Source of the DNA: Minisyncoccia bacterium
GTDB lineage: Bacteria; Patescibacteriota; Minisyncoccia; 2-02-FULL-40-12; IGHO2-01-FULL-4-A
Length of the DNA: 64,000 nt
Reading direction: 5' to 3'
Assembly (NCBI GenBank): GCA_050015375.1
Contig: JBEKBN010000005.1
Span: forward strand, 1,858-65,857
In this document: piece by piece, positions 28,219 through 37,872 of the stretch
How positions within the stretch are numbered: the stretch's first letter is position 1
How the letters are laid out: every line of letters begins with the position of its first letter
The notes under the pieces: generated by a model
What the model was told of the DNA's origin: nothing
Databases searched by the model: none
The model's input: only the letters and a program-made list of their open reading frames with translations
Program-made: the position numbers and the translations under genes

Positions 28219-28695
28219 TTGCGTTTGGTAGAAGGTGCGATAAAAGAATTGTCCGGCAAGAATAAAAGAAAAGAATGGAACAAGATCAATCAAACCTTAC
28301 GGTATCTTAAGAAAAAGCGACAAGTTCAGATAATAACCCGCGATATTAATAGTGTTGGTTTAAAGATTACTGACGAGGGTCGGAAAATTGCGGATTTTGT
28401 CGATGTCACGAATCTAAAACTTCGAAAAAATTCCATTTGGGATGGGAAATGGAGGATTGTTATATTTGACGTCCCCAACGACAAAAGCAAGAATCGCTTA
28501 GCTTTTATTAGAGAGTTAAAGGACCTTGGTTTTATAATGGTTCAACGAAGTGTCTGGGCTTATCCTTATGAGTGCCGAAAAGAAGTTGAGATAATTAGGA
28601 ATTATTTTGAAATAGGCAAATTTGTAACATATATTGAATCTTCGGAAATCGAAGATGGCCACCTTTGGTTAAAACGATTCAAGGAAACAGTTTAG
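28219..28695 (+). CDS. PaaX-family-like small regulator (Cas2-like fold motif)
   Basis: WDGKWRIVIFDVPNDKSKNRLAFIRELKDLGFIMVQRSVWAYP matches the PaaX C-terminal pattern. TTG start. Confidence 0.5.
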   Translation: MRLVEGAIKELSGKNKRKEWNKINQTLRYLKKKRQVQIITRDINSVGLKITDEGRKIADFVDVTNLKLRKNSIWDGKWRIVIFDVPNDKSKNRLAFIRELKDLGFIMVQRSVWAYPYECRKEVEIIRNYFEIGKFVTYIESSEIEDGHLWLKRFKETV

Positions 28696-28711
28696 GTAAA
28701 AACCACATTCA

Positions 28712-28746
28712 TTCCATAATGAACATATGTTCATTATGGAATGAAG
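28712..28746. repeat. 34-bp perfect palindrome (cattccataatgaacatatgttcattatggaatg)
   Basis: Same core as 28078..28112. Confidence 0.8.
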
Positions 28747-28795
28747 ATATTAGTTGGTATTGTTTCGCAAGGTATTTTCGTGATATTTTTAAGAT

Positions 28796-29101
28796 ATGAT
28801 TTTAAACATTAAAGATGTTGAGCATATCGCCGAATTGGCGAGGATAAAGCTGACGGGGGAGGAGAAAGAAAAAATGGCCGAGGACCTGGGCCAGATTTTG
28901 GATTATATAAATAAATTGAAAGAAATTAAAACTGATGGAGTGGAACCGACAGCGCAAGTGACAGGTTTGGAAAATGCTTTCAGAAAAGATGAAACAACTC
29001 CGGCCGATCCCGAACAGCGGCAGAAAATAATTGATGAATTTCCGCACAAAAAAGACGATTTCCTAAAAGTGAGAGCGGTGTTTGGTGAAAAAGAATCATG
29101 A
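28796..29101 (+). CDS. gatC: Asp/Glu-tRNA amidotransferase subunit C
   Basis: LTGEEKEKMAEDLGQILDYINKLKEI pattern. Confidence 0.85.
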   Translation: MILNIKDVEHIAELARIKLTGEEKEKMAEDLGQILDYINKLKEIKTDGVEPTAQVTGLENAFRKDETTPADPEQRQKIIDEFPHKKDDFLKVRAVFGEKES

Positions 29102-29111
29102 ATCAAGAATC

Positions 29112-30590
29112 ATGGATTTGAAAAATCTGACAATCAAATCATTGCGCGACGGCTACGCCAAAAAAGAATTCACACCCGAAGAGATCCAGAAGGAGTTTTT
29201 GAAATTGATAGAGAAAGAAAATCCGAAACTCAACGTTTTCTTGTCTGTTTCCGAGAATCTCACCCATGATTCAAAATTCATGATTCATGATTCAATTCTT
29301 ACCGGTGTTCCATGCGCGATCAAGGATAATATTATGACCAAGGATTCGATCACCACCGCCGGCTCAAAAATTCTGAAGCATTACAAAGCGCCATACGATG
29401 CTACGGTGATCAAACTTTTGAAAAAACACGGAGCGATTTTTTTGGGCAAAACAAATATGGACGAATTTGCCATGGGTTCGACCACCGAAAATTCCGCTTT
29501 CGGGCCGACGAGAAATCCTCATGACCATGATCGCGTTACCGGCGGTTCATCAGGCGGTTCGGCGGCGGCTGTGGCTTCGGGGATGGCCGTCTTTGCTCTT
29601 GGTTCGGATACCGGCGGTTCGATCCGGGCGCCGGCATCTTGGTGCGGAGTTGTGGGTTTGAAGCCGACTTACGGAAGAGTTTCGCGCTACGGTCTCATTG
29701 CTATGGCTTCCAGTTTGGACCAGATAGGACCCATTACCAAAAATGTAGAAGACGCGGCCATTGTCATGAACGCCATTGCCGGCCACGATTCGATGGATTC
29801 AACGAGTTCACCCCCACACTCAAAATTTGAGTGTGGGGGCGAGCCAAAAGACACCCCCGATTTCACGAAAAATCTTGGCAAATCCATCAAAGGATTAAAA
29901 ATCGCCATCGCCAAAGAATTTTTCGGTTCACCTCCACACTCAGCGACTGAGTGTGGGGGCAAGGGTTTGAATTCAGAAGTGGCCGATGCCATCGAGAAAG
30001 CGATTTCAAAACTCCAATCCCAGGGCGCTCATATTGACTATGCCAGTTTGCCGTTGACGGACTATTCCATTGCTGTCTATTATATAATCGTGCCGGCGGA
30101 AATTTCAGCGAACCTGGCAAGGTTCGATGGCATCCGTTACGGCCATTCGTCGGTGAAAGGTAAAAATCTGCTTGACACCTATCTTGATTCCCGCGAGGAA
30201 GGTTTTGGCGCCGAGGTCAAACGCCGGATAATGCTCGGCACTTATACTTTGTCAGCCGGTTATTATGATGCTTATTATTTGAAAGCCCAAAAAGTCCGGA
30301 CTCTTATCAGACAAAGTTTTGACAAAATTTTTGAACATTATGACGCCATTATCGGTCCGACCATGCCTACGATCGCGCCTAAGATCGGGGAATACAACGA
30401 CCCATTGACTTTTTACATGGCTGATATTTACACCTGCCAGGCGAATCTGGCCGGACTGCCGGCGATTTCCGTGCCTTGCGGGTTCATTGAAACCGGTGGC
30501 AAAAAACTTCCGGTCGGTTTGCAGATCATCGGCAAACATTTTGACGAAGAAACGATTTTACGAATAGCCAATGCTTACTCGAATTCATAA
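29112..30590 (+). CDS. gatA: Asp/Glu-tRNA amidotransferase subunit A (amidase signature)
   Basis: GGSSGGSAAAVA amidase signature. Start taken at MDLKNLTIK. Contains two in-frame palindrome inserts. Confidence 0.9.
   Translation: MDLKNLTIKSLRDGYAKKEFTPEEIQKEFLKLIEKENPKLNVFLSVSENLTHDSKFMIHDSILTGVPCAIKDNIMTKDSITTAGSKILKHYKAPYDATVIKLLKKHGAIFLGKTNMDEFAMGSTTENSAFGPTRNPHDHDRVTGGSSGGSAAAVASGMAVFALGSDTGGSIRAPASWCGVVGLKPTYGRVSRYGLIAMASSLDQIGPITKNVEDAAIVMNAIAGHDSMDSTSSPPHSKFECGGEPKDTPDFTKNLGKSIKGLKIAIAKEFFGSPPHSATECGGKGLNSEVADAIEKAISKLQSQGAHIDYASLPLTDYSIAVYYIIVPAEISANLARFDGIRYGHSSVKGKNLLDTYLDSREEGFGAEVKRRIMLGTYTLSAGYYDAYYLKAQKVRTLIRQSFDKIFEHYDAIIGPTMPTIAPKIGEYNDPLTFYMADIYTCQANLAGLPAISVPCGFIETGGKKLPVGLQIIGKHFDEETILRIANAYSNS
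29811..29839. repeat. 29-bp perfect palindrome cccccacactcaaaatttgagtgtggggg, in-frame in gatA
   Basis: Encodes SPPHSKFECGGEP. Confidence 0.85.
29931..29959. repeat. Palindrome cctccacactcagcgactgagtgtggggg (same family), in-frame in gatA
   Basis: Encodes SPPHSATECGGKG, 120 bp from the first copy. Confidence 0.8.
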
Positions 30591-30599
30591 TTTTTTACC

Positions 30600-31142
30600 A
30601 TGAGTTGGATGATCTTATTCCATAATATCACCGCTTCCATTTCAAGTTTTATTTCCGGACTGGATCTGGCGGTTTGGCTTTCATATTTTAAAGATGTAAT
30701 GATATTCATCTCAATAATTTTTGGGATTTTGTTTGTGGTCTTGATCTTTAAACTTCGGTCGTTGATAAAAAGCAGAGTCGAGGAGATCGAGACCGAACTA
30801 AAATCGCCAGCTGAAGCCATAACGACCTATGATATTCGTTGGGACGAGATCAAAAAACATGTCCAGTCATTCAACGAAGCTGAATGGAAAATGGCCGTCA
30901 TCGAAGGCGACAAATTCACAGATGACGCGCTTAAGGCCGGCGGCTACGCCGGAGAATCCATGGGCGAACGGCTGATGCTGATCGAACCGGGCCAGCTTTT
31001 GTCTTTGCAAAATCTGTGGGACGCCCACAAATTAAGGAATCTTCTGGTTCACGACGCCAACTACCAGCTCGATCATCGCCAAGCGGTCATGGCCATCGAG
31101 GCCTTCGAACAAGCGTTGAGAGAATTGGGGGCGCTGTCATAA
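30600..31142 (+). CDS. Hypothetical membrane protein
   Basis: Two N-terminal TM helices. Confidence 0.4.
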   Translation: MSWMILFHNITASISSFISGLDLAVWLSYFKDVMIFISIIFGILFVVLIFKLRSLIKSRVEEIETELKSPAEAITTYDIRWDEIKKHVQSFNEAEWKMAVIEGDKFTDDALKAGGYAGESMGERLMLIEPGQLLSLQNLWDAHKLRNLLVHDANYQLDHRQAVMAIEAFEQALRELGALS

Positions 31143-32806
31143 TGCTACACCGTTCTCAAGTTTTTTTGCTGATCATGCTGGCCTTCATCAGCGGTATTTT
31201 TTTGGGCTCGTTCGTTTCGGTTGATCAAAAATATGTTTGGATCGCCATAGCGATCTGCGCGGCCGCGGTCGCTGTTTTTTTTCGGCGCGACTCCAAGCTT
31301 CTTCGTCCGAAGGTCGCTTTTTACGCTTTTTTGGCCCTGATCTTCCTGTTCGGTTTTTCCCGCATCAACACCACGAACTCTGAAAAACATTTGCTCCAAG
31401 AATTCGCCAAAGCCGCCGCCAACATCAAAGATCCTTCAGGTAAACACAAAGTTAAGATTGACCTCATCGGCTATATCAACAACGAACCATCCCGCGGCGC
31501 CAAAATGCAATCATTTGTTTTTAAATCGAAGGAATTGATCTCTGGCAATTACTCCGCCGATACCGATGAAAGCGTTTTGGTCAACACCGATTTTTTTCCG
31601 GAGTACAAATATGGCCAAAAACTCGAGATCTACGGAGAATTGCAATTGCCGTCGAGCACGGCCAGCCCCCACACTCAAAATTTGAGTGTGGGGGCCAGTT
31701 CCTCGATGGACCCCGTTAGAGGCAAGACACCGTCCCAGGTGTCTGCCGACACGCCTTCGGCGGGGCGGGCCTCTAACGGGGTGGATTACGCCGCTTATCT
31801 CGCCAAAGATGATATTTTCACGACGATGTATCAGCCGATGATAAGACAGGTTGATTTCAATTTTTCTTTTTTTGAAAAATATAAAGTTGCGATTTTGCAA
31901 AAAATATTCACTTTCAAATCGGCTTTTGAAACAGCCGTAAGCAAAGCCATTCCCGAACCCAACGCCGCTTTCGTCAACGGAATTTTGCTTGGCAGTCGAG
32001 CCCAAATTCCGGATGCTCTCAAAAATGATTTTGCCATCACCAGCACAACCCACATTCTGGCCATCTCCGGTTTCAATATTACCATCGTCGCCGGAATTCT
32101 CGCTTCATTTTTTCTTTTCTTTTTCAAACGCCGGACGGCATTCTGGTTCGCCATCGCCGGCATCGCACTTTTCACGATCCTGACTGGCGCCCAGGCCTCG
32201 GTCATTCGGGCGGCGATCATGGGCTGTTTGTTCTTGCTGGCAACGCGAGTTGGTAGGCCTTACACTGCCCGAAACGCCGTAATATTCGCCGGCGCCTTGA
32301 TGGTTTTGCTAAGCCCGGAAATTTTACGATACGATGTAGGTTTTCAGCTTTCTTTCATGGCAACTTTGGGTCTGATATATCTCTGTCCGTTTTTCACCGA
32401 CAAATTCAAAAAGATCACAAATTTTTTCGGTCTGCGAGAGAATCTAGCCATGACATTATCGGCGCAAATTGCCGTTCTTCCTCTTCTGATATTTTATTTC
32501 AACCGATTGTCAATTGTTTCTCTGCCAACAAATCTTCTGGTCTTGCCGATGGTGCCCCTGGCGATGCTCTTGGGTTTCGTCGCCGGATTGGCCGGGATGA
32601 TCTTGCCATTTTTGGGCGTCATTATCGGATATTTCGCCTGGTTTTTGACTGCGATACAGCTCTGGTTGGTGGAATTTTTTGCCAAGCCGTCATGGGCGGC
32701 GCCGGCGGTTGCTTTTCCGTGGTATGCTTTGGCGATAACTTATGTGGTCATGATTTTTGTGATCTACAAATGGATTTATGCTCGGCCCAAACCAAAACAA
32801 AAATGA
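31142..32806 (+). CDS. comEC: ComEC/Rec2 competence protein, membrane channel part (DUF4131 plus competence domain)
   Basis: Multi-TM. ATG 31142 (MLHRSQVFLL) is preferred over the track start at 31016. Contains one palindrome and one MITE in-frame. Confidence 0.75.
   Translation: MLHRSQVFLLIMLAFISGIFLGSFVSVDQKYVWIAIAICAAAVAVFFRRDSKLLRPKVAFYAFLALIFLFGFSRINTTNSEKHLLQEFAKAAANIKDPSGKHKVKIDLIGYINNEPSRGAKMQSFVFKSKELISGNYSADTDESVLVNTDFFPEYKYGQKLEIYGELQLPSSTASPHTQNLSVGASSSMDPVRGKTPSQVSADTPSAGRASNGVDYAAYLAKDDIFTTMYQPMIRQVDFNFSFFEKYKVAILQKIFTFKSAFETAVSKAIPEPNAAFVNGILLGSRAQIPDALKNDFAITSTTHILAISGFNITIVAGILASFFLFFFKRRTAFWFAIAGIALFTILTGAQASVIRAAIMGCLFLLATRVGRPYTARNAVIFAGALMVLLSPEILRYDVGFQLSFMATLGLIYLCPFFTDKFKKITNFFGLRENLAMTLSAQIAVLPLLIFYFNRLSIVSLPTNLLVLPMVPLAMLLGFVAGLAGMILPFLGVIIGYFAWFLTAIQLWLVEFFAKPSWAAPAVAFPWYALAITYVVMIFVIYKWIYARPKPKQK
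31666..31694. repeat. Palindrome cccccacactcaaaatttgagtgtggggg, in-frame in comEC
   Basis: Flanked by (g)ccag on both sides. Confidence 0.85.
31711..31781. mobile_element. MITE-like element (CCCCGTTAGAGGC termini), in-frame in comEC, TSD TGGA
   Basis: ccccgttagaggc...gcctctaacgggg. Confidence 0.7.
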
Positions 32807-33686
32807 TCTGACGAATGGTCACAAAGCGATCTCCCGACTCGAATGGTATGTTTTTTCGGTGATTTTGGTCGCGGCAATTCTAAGTTTCATTGCCGTCAAT
32901 GCCCAGGCCATCGGCGACGGATATTTGCGGATATATTTTCTCGATGTCGGCCAGGGCGATTCCGAATTCATCCAAAATTTCAACGGCAACCAGGTTTTGA
33001 TAGACGGCGGACCAGACGACAAGGTCTTGTCCGATTTGGCCAAGGTCATGCCCATCAATGACCGCTCTATCGACATGGTCATCCTGACCCATCCGCATTC
33101 CGACCACGTCACCGGCCTCATCGATGTTTTGAAAAGATACCAGGTCGGACAAATTTTGGAAAATAATTATCCCTACCAGGCGCCCGTTTACGACGAATGG
33201 AATAAAATAAAAACCAATTCTGTCGTCACTCAAGCAGTGGCCGGGCAAGTCGTTGACCTTGGCGGGGGAGTGAAGATGACCGTGGTGTTTCCGGGTGTTT
33301 CCGAGGCCGGCAAGTTCAACAGCAATCCCAATAATACTTCCGTCGTCACTCGGCTGACGTATGGCGATGAGTCAGTTTTGTTCACCGGCGACATTGAAGC
33401 GCCGGTGGAGAAAAAATTGACGCTCAATGGCAGTATCCTTGATTCTGATTTTTTGAAAATCGGCCATCACGGTTCGCGGACTTCGACAACGGAGGATTTC
33501 TTGAACGCCGTGACGCCAAAAGTCGCTTTTATCGAAGTCGGAGCCGGCAATACTTTCGGCCATCCGAATCAGGAAGTCCTCGACCGGCTTGCAAATCACG
33601 GGATAAAATATTATCGTACAGATAAGGACGGCACGATAGAACTGATTCTTGACGGTCAGTCCTTTTCAACCAAGGAGAACATATGA
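32778..33686 (+). CDS. ComEC C-terminal metallo-beta-lactamase domain protein, separately encoded
   Basis: ILTHPHSDHVTGL MBL motif. Overlaps the upstream comEC ORF by 29 nt in another frame. Confidence 0.7.
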   Translation: MLGPNQNKNDLTNGHKAISRLEWYVFSVILVAAILSFIAVNAQAIGDGYLRIYFLDVGQGDSEFIQNFNGNQVLIDGGPDDKVLSDLAKVMPINDRSIDMVILTHPHSDHVTGLIDVLKRYQVGQILENNYPYQAPVYDEWNKIKTNSVVTQAVAGQVVDLGGGVKMTVVFPGVSEAGKFNSNPNNTSVVTRLTYGDESVLFTGDIEAPVEKKLTLNGSILDSDFLKIGHHGSRTSTTEDFLNAVTPKVAFIEVGAGNTFGHPNQEVLDRLANHGIKYYRTDKDGTIELILDGQSFSTKENI

Positions 33687-34198
33687 GCAAAGATAAACTC
33701 GAAAGAACATTGGTCTTGTTAAAACCCGATGCCATCCATCGGGGAATTACCGGCGAGATAATCACCCGGTTCGAGAGGATCGGGGCAAAGTTGGTCGGTC
33801 TGAAATTGTTGGTTTCGGAGCGTGACACGGCCGAGAAACACTATACCGAGGATTTGGCAAAACGACGGGGCGAACGGGTTCGCCAGCTTATGATAAAAAT
33901 GCTGACTGCGAGCCCGATTGTAGCCATGGTTTGGGAAGGCGTTGAAATTGTTGAAGTCACCCGCAAAATTGTCGGAGAAACCGAGCCCCAAAAAGCCCTT
34001 CCGGGAACAATTCGAGGCGACTATTCCCATGTTTCATATGCTTATTCAGACGCGAAGAAAATCGGCGTTTTTAATCTGATACACGCTTCGGCTTCACCGG
34101 AAGAAGCGGAGGTTGAAATCGGAGTTTGGTTCAAACCCGAAGAATTAGTGAACCACAAACCCTATTATACTCGACTGACCTTGCGTGAAGACGAATAA
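33683..34198 (+). CDS. ndk: Nucleoside diphosphate kinase
   Basis: TLVLLKPDAIHRGITGEIITRFE... Confidence 0.9.
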   Translation: MSKDKLERTLVLLKPDAIHRGITGEIITRFERIGAKLVGLKLLVSERDTAEKHYTEDLAKRRGERVRQLMIKMLTASPIVAMVWEGVEIVEVTRKIVGETEPQKALPGTIRGDYSHVSYAYSDAKKIGVFNLIHASASPEEAEVEIGVWFKPEELVNHKPYYTRLTLREDE

Positions 34199-34226
34199 CT
34201 AGCTGACTTTCGGGTCAGCTTTTTTC

Positions 34227-34733
34227 TTGATGGGAAACAAAAACGAAAATAAACTAGATCCCAGATTGCATTTCGTGGTTGCGACAGCTATAATCCACCG
34301 AAAGAGAAAAGACAAGACCCGCGAGTATTTAATATTGAAGCGGGCGGCGCATGAAAAAGCATTTCCCAACCGCTGGACCGTGCCCGGCGGAAAACTGGTC
34401 CTTCACGAATACGAGAAACTGCCCAAGACAACTATTTCACAATGGTACAACGTCGTTGACTGGGTCTTGAAAAAAGAGGTCAAAGAGGAGGCCAATCTTG
34501 AGATCCACCAGCCGGAATATCTCTGCGACCTGACTTTCGTCAGGCCGGACGGCTATCCGGTGGTAACCCTTTCATATTTCGCCAAATACAAAAAAGGCAT
34601 TGCCAAACCCGGAAAAGATTTAACAGACCACGCCTGGGTCACCCTCAAAGAAGCCAAAAAATACGACCTCATCGAAGGCATTTGGAACGAAATCAAAGAA
34701 GTCGAAAAGATACTCAAATCAAAATCCCGCTGA
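34227..34733 (+). CDS. Nudix hydrolase
   Basis: Nudix-box-like GGKLV...KKEVKEEANLEI. Confidence 0.6.
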   Translation: MMGNKNENKLDPRLHFVVATAIIHRKRKDKTREYLILKRAAHEKAFPNRWTVPGGKLVLHEYEKLPKTTISQWYNVVDWVLKKEVKEEANLEIHQPEYLCDLTFVRPDGYPVVTLSYFAKYKKGIAKPGKDLTDHAWVTLKEAKKYDLIEGIWNEIKEVEKILKSKSR

Positions 34734-34795
34734 TTGCGGGATTTTGATTTAGTCGGGCTGCGGGGAATCGGCTTCGATCTCATTCCGTTTTGTTG

Positions 34796-35071
34796 TTATT
34801 TGAATGGTTTTCCGTACTTGATTAAATATTCTTTCTTTTCACGACGCCATTTCTTAATTTGTGTTTCTCTTTTTCTAGCATTGAGCAGGTCTGGATGTTC
34901 TTCTTTGTAAACCAGTTGAAATGTTTTGTTTCTTTTTGTAAATTCAGCTCCTTCTCCTTTTTGATGCCTTTGAATCCTAGCTTCAATATTGGAAGTTGTT
35001 CCAATATAAATATGGTCTCGCGGTCCTCGGAGAATATAAACGAAGTAACTAGAATTGTTGGTCGAAGACAT
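34796..35071 (-). CDS. GIY-YIG nuclease-domain protein
   Basis: YFVYILRG...IYIGTTSNIEARIQRH. The track ORF extends over the tRNA; ATG 35071 is chosen as the start. Confidence 0.6.
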   Translation of the reverse strand: MSSTNNSSYFVYILRGPRDHIYIGTTSNIEARIQRHQKGEGAEFTKRNKTFQLVYKEEHPDLLNARKRETQIKKWRREKKEYLIKYGKPFK

Positions 35072-35147
35072 TGAGCAGCAAAGCGAAAGAAATGAGCAGA
35101 GCTTCGACAAGCTCAGCTCATTTCGCCACGCTTTGCGTGTCGAAATG

Positions 35148-35218
35148 TCGGGCCGTGGGGAATCGAACCCCAGCTGCAAGACCCCCAGCCTCGCGTACTA
35201 CCATTATACGACGACCCG
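35148..35218 (-). tRNA. tRNA-Pro (anticodon GGG)
   Basis: Minus-strand fold: acceptor cgggtcg/cggcccg (C1:G72), anticodon stem cgagg/tcttg, loop cuGGGgg, T arm tgggg-ttcgatt-cccca, discriminator A73. Confidence 0.75.
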
Positions 35219-35235
35219 AAATTATTGTTTTGTTC

Positions 35236-35931
35236 TCACAAACCTTCCGGAAATTTCCCTCCCCTAAACACGAAACGCGTTTCTTCGGTTTCATTTTCTC
35301 CCAAATATTCTTCCGGAAATACCGATTTAGGCATTCTTAAAATTAAATATTTTATTTGTTGAGGCAGCAAATCTCCGCTCACGTGCCGGCAAAAATTTTC
35401 TCTGAAAGCGGTATCTCTTATATCTGTATCGCCGGCTTTAGCTTTTCCAACTTCTATTGGTTCAACTTGAAGATTTCCCGGTTCAAACCCGATCAAGGAT
35501 CGGATATCAAAAGCAATTAATAATTTTATTGGCCCGGGCGCTCGGGCTTCAGCAAAGGCGATTTTTACGCCTTCCAGCTCAGGGATCACCGCATTAGCGT
35601 AATGATCTTTTCTGTCACCAACATGAATGGGCCGGTGGTCAATTATTGATTCAAAGATTTTGCTCATACTCTCGCATCGCAACATTAACCCCTCTTTTTT
35701 CATTGAATCATAAATTTTGGCGACATCGCCCGTGAGTTCCATCTTTATAATACTTTCAAGAAAGAAAAAAACCCTCTTCAATATCTCTCTAGCTTCCTCG
35801 GGAGTTTTTGAGTTTTCTAATTGTCTAGCCAGAGTTGTTATTATAGACCGATCAACGTCCTCTAATTTTTTCACCGGTGTGTTCGGTTCCTGCGTGGTTT
35901 TTTCAAAACTGTTCATTTTGAATTTATTCAA
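35236..35931 (-). CDS. Hypothetical protein
   Basis: 231 aa, no recognised motif. Confidence 0.4.
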   Translation of the reverse strand: MNKFKMNSFEKTTQEPNTPVKKLEDVDRSIITTLARQLENSKTPEEAREILKRVFFFLESIIKMELTGDVAKIYDSMKKEGLMLRCESMSKIFESIIDHRPIHVGDRKDHYANAVIPELEGVKIAFAEARAPGPIKLLIAFDIRSLIGFEPGNLQVEPIEVGKAKAGDTDIRDTAFRENFCRHVSGDLLPQQIKYLILRMPKSVFPEEYLGENETEETRFVFRGGKFPEGL

Positions 35932-35956
35932 TTTTTTTGAGGAGATTTACGAACCG

Positions 35957-36145
35957 CTAGGTCTTGGCGACTTTAGCTTGGGCTTTGAGGCAGGAAGTGC
36001 AGATCTTGATTCGCTTGCCGTCAACTCGTGCCCATTGCAAATTCGGATATTTTTTGTACCGATTCACGATATTATAATTTCCGCGCAGTAGCTTGCGCTT
36101 GTTGGCCATCACCGGTTTTTTTCCGCAAATAGGACACTTAGTCAT
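35957..36145 (-). CDS. rpmB: 50S ribosomal protein L28
   Basis: MTKCPICGKKPVMANKRK...PNLQ...CTSCL, the L28 Cys pattern. Confidence 0.8.
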   Translation of the reverse strand: MTKCPICGKKPVMANKRKLLRGNYNIVNRYKKYPNLQWARVDGKRIKICTSCLKAQAKVAKT

Positions 36146-36182
36146 GATTTACATCATATCCTAAAGATGCTAAATTAGCAAT

Positions 36183-36791
36183 ATGTCCCCGCTGGAAATC
36201 ATATTTTTAATCGTCGTTTTCCTGTATTCCGTGGTTTTGCACGAAGTATCCCACGGTTTCGTGGCTTACAGCATGGGCGACAACACGGCCAGGGATCTCG
36301 GCCGATTGACCCTTAATCCGCTCAAACATCTGGACTTTTTCGGTTCGATAATTTTGCCGTTGTTTCTTTTTCTGGTGGGCTCGCCGTTCTTGTTCGGCTA
36401 CGCCAAGCCGGTGCCTTACAATCCGCTGAATCTCAATGACCGAAAATACGGCCCGGCCAAAGTTGCCATCGCCGGCCCGATAGTCAACTTCATCCTTGCG
36501 GTCATGTTCGGGCTGGTTTTGAGGTTTTTGCCGAGTTCCACCGGTCCAGCTTTGCCGATCCTTCTGGGTTATATCGTCCAGATCAATTTGTTGCTGGCGA
36601 TATTCAATTTAGTGCCGATTCCGCCGCTTGACGGCCATTGGATATTGTTCACTTTTTTGCCGGCCAGATTCGACCATGTCAGGCAAACCCTTAGCCGCTA
36701 CGGCATTTTTATATTACTGATCTTCCTGTTCTTTATTTTCCCGTTCATCCTGCCCTTGATTAATTTTCTTTATAGAGTTATAGTTAATTAG
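36183..36791 (+). CDS. Site-2 protease family zinc metalloprotease (M50-like)
   Basis: HEVSHGFVA HExxH inside a multi-TM protein. Confidence 0.75.
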   Translation: MSPLEIIFLIVVFLYSVVLHEVSHGFVAYSMGDNTARDLGRLTLNPLKHLDFFGSIILPLFLFLVGSPFLFGYAKPVPYNPLNLNDRKYGPAKVAIAGPIVNFILAVMFGLVLRFLPSSTGPALPILLGYIVQINLLLAIFNLVPIPPLDGHWILFTFLPARFDHVRQTLSRYGIFILLIFLFFIFPFILPLINFLYRVIVN

Positions 36792-36810
36792 CGTCTGAGC
36801 ACAGGCGAAT

Positions 36811-36939
36811 GAAATGAGCCGAGCACAGAAACGATAATTAACCCAGCACATATTTTACCATAAGAGGCGAGACCAGTTTGGCAATGGAGGTTATTGGTAA
36901 TTGCCCTCGCTATTGAGGGTTTTGTTTGCGGTAAAATAT
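36811..36939. other. Long imperfect inverted repeat / structured leader upstream of rpsL
   Basis: aacccagcacatattttacc (36840..36859) pairs with ggtaaaatatgtgctgggtg (36920..36939). Pairing extends further (aaatgagc / gctcattt). Confidence 0.5.
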
Positions 36940-36991
36940 GTGCTGGGTGCTCATTTTATTACCCAATCGCTTTGCTCTTGGATAAAATGGC

Positions 36992-37402
36992 ATGCCGACA
37001 TTCAACCAATTGCTGAAAAAACCCAGAACCAAAGCCAAGGCGAAGACCAAATCGCCGGCTTTGTCGTTCGGCTTCAATACCAAAAAGAACCGTCCGATGA
37101 AATATAACTCGCCGTTCAAAAGGGGAGTGGCTACCAAAGTCACGACCATCACTCCAAAAAAACCGAATTCCGCTTTGCGGAAGATCGCCCGGGTCCGCTT
37201 AACCAACGGCATGGAAGTCACCGCCTATATTCCTGGCGTCGGCCATAATTTGCAGGAACACTCGGTTGTCACCCTTCGAGGCGGCAGAGTCAAAGATCTG
37301 CCCGGCGTCCAGTATCATATCATCCGGGGCCGGCTGGATGCCACCGGTGTTGAAAACCGCAAACAAGGCCGGAGTAAATATGGGGCCAAAGCTCCCAAAT
37401 AA
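36992..37402 (+). CDS. rpsL: 30S ribosomal protein S12
   Basis: [12 protein letters not shown]... Confidence 0.95.
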   Translation: MPTFNQLLKKPRTKAKAKTKSPALSFGFNTKKNRPMKYNSPFKRGVATKVTTITPKKPNSALRKIARVRLTNGMEVTAYIPGVGHNLQEHSVVTLRGGRVKDLPGVQYHIIRGRLDATGVENRKQGRSKYGAKAPK

Positions 37403-37404
37403 AT

Positions 37405-37872
37405 ATGCGCAGAGCCACCAAACGTCGACAACCGCTTGAACCCGACAGAAAATACAACTCCATTCTCGTGGCCGGTTTTATCAATAAAATTATGCAAAAT
37501 GGCAAGAAAAATATTGCCGAGAAAATCGTCTACGGCGCCCTTGAAAATGCCGAGAAAAAGATCGGCAAACCGGCGATGGAGGTTTTGGACTTGGTCATTG
37601 AAAATGCCGGTCCGCAATTGGAATTGAAATCGCGGCGCATCGGCGGCGCCAATTATCAGGTTCCTTACGAGATAAAAGGCAATCGCCGGATGACCCTGGC
37701 TTTCCGCTGGATCATTGAGGCCGCCCGGAACGGCAAAGGCAAACCGATGGAACAAAAATTGACCGAAGAATTGATAAACGCTTTCAACAACACCGGTGTG
37801 GCCGTCAAAAAGAAACAGGACACTCATCGCATGGCTGACGCCAACAAAGCGTTTGCGCATTTCGCCTGGTGA
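37405..37872 (+). CDS. rpsG: 30S ribosomal protein S7
   Basis: Typical S7 sequence. Confidence 0.95.
   Translation: MRRATKRRQPLEPDRKYNSILVAGFINKIMQNGKKNIAEKIVYGALENAEKKIGKPAMEVLDLVIENAGPQLELKSRRIGGANYQVPYEIKGNRRMTLAFRWIIEAARNGKGKPMEQKLTEELINAFNNTGVAVKKKQDTHRMADANKAFAHFAW

Noticed and set aside
28219-28695. Calling the gene a CRISPR Cas2
   Set aside because: The Cas2-like motif is C-terminal with a long N-terminal extension and there is no array or cas1. The PaaX-family pattern fits better.
31016-31141. Upstream extension of comEC from the track start 31016
   Set aside because: It overlaps the preceding gene in another frame. ATG 31142 gives the expected hydrophobic N-terminus.
34796-35179. 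Full 127-aa GIY-YIG ORF
   Set aside because: Its N-terminal 36 codons read through tRNA-Pro on the same strand. It is truncated to the ATG at 35071.
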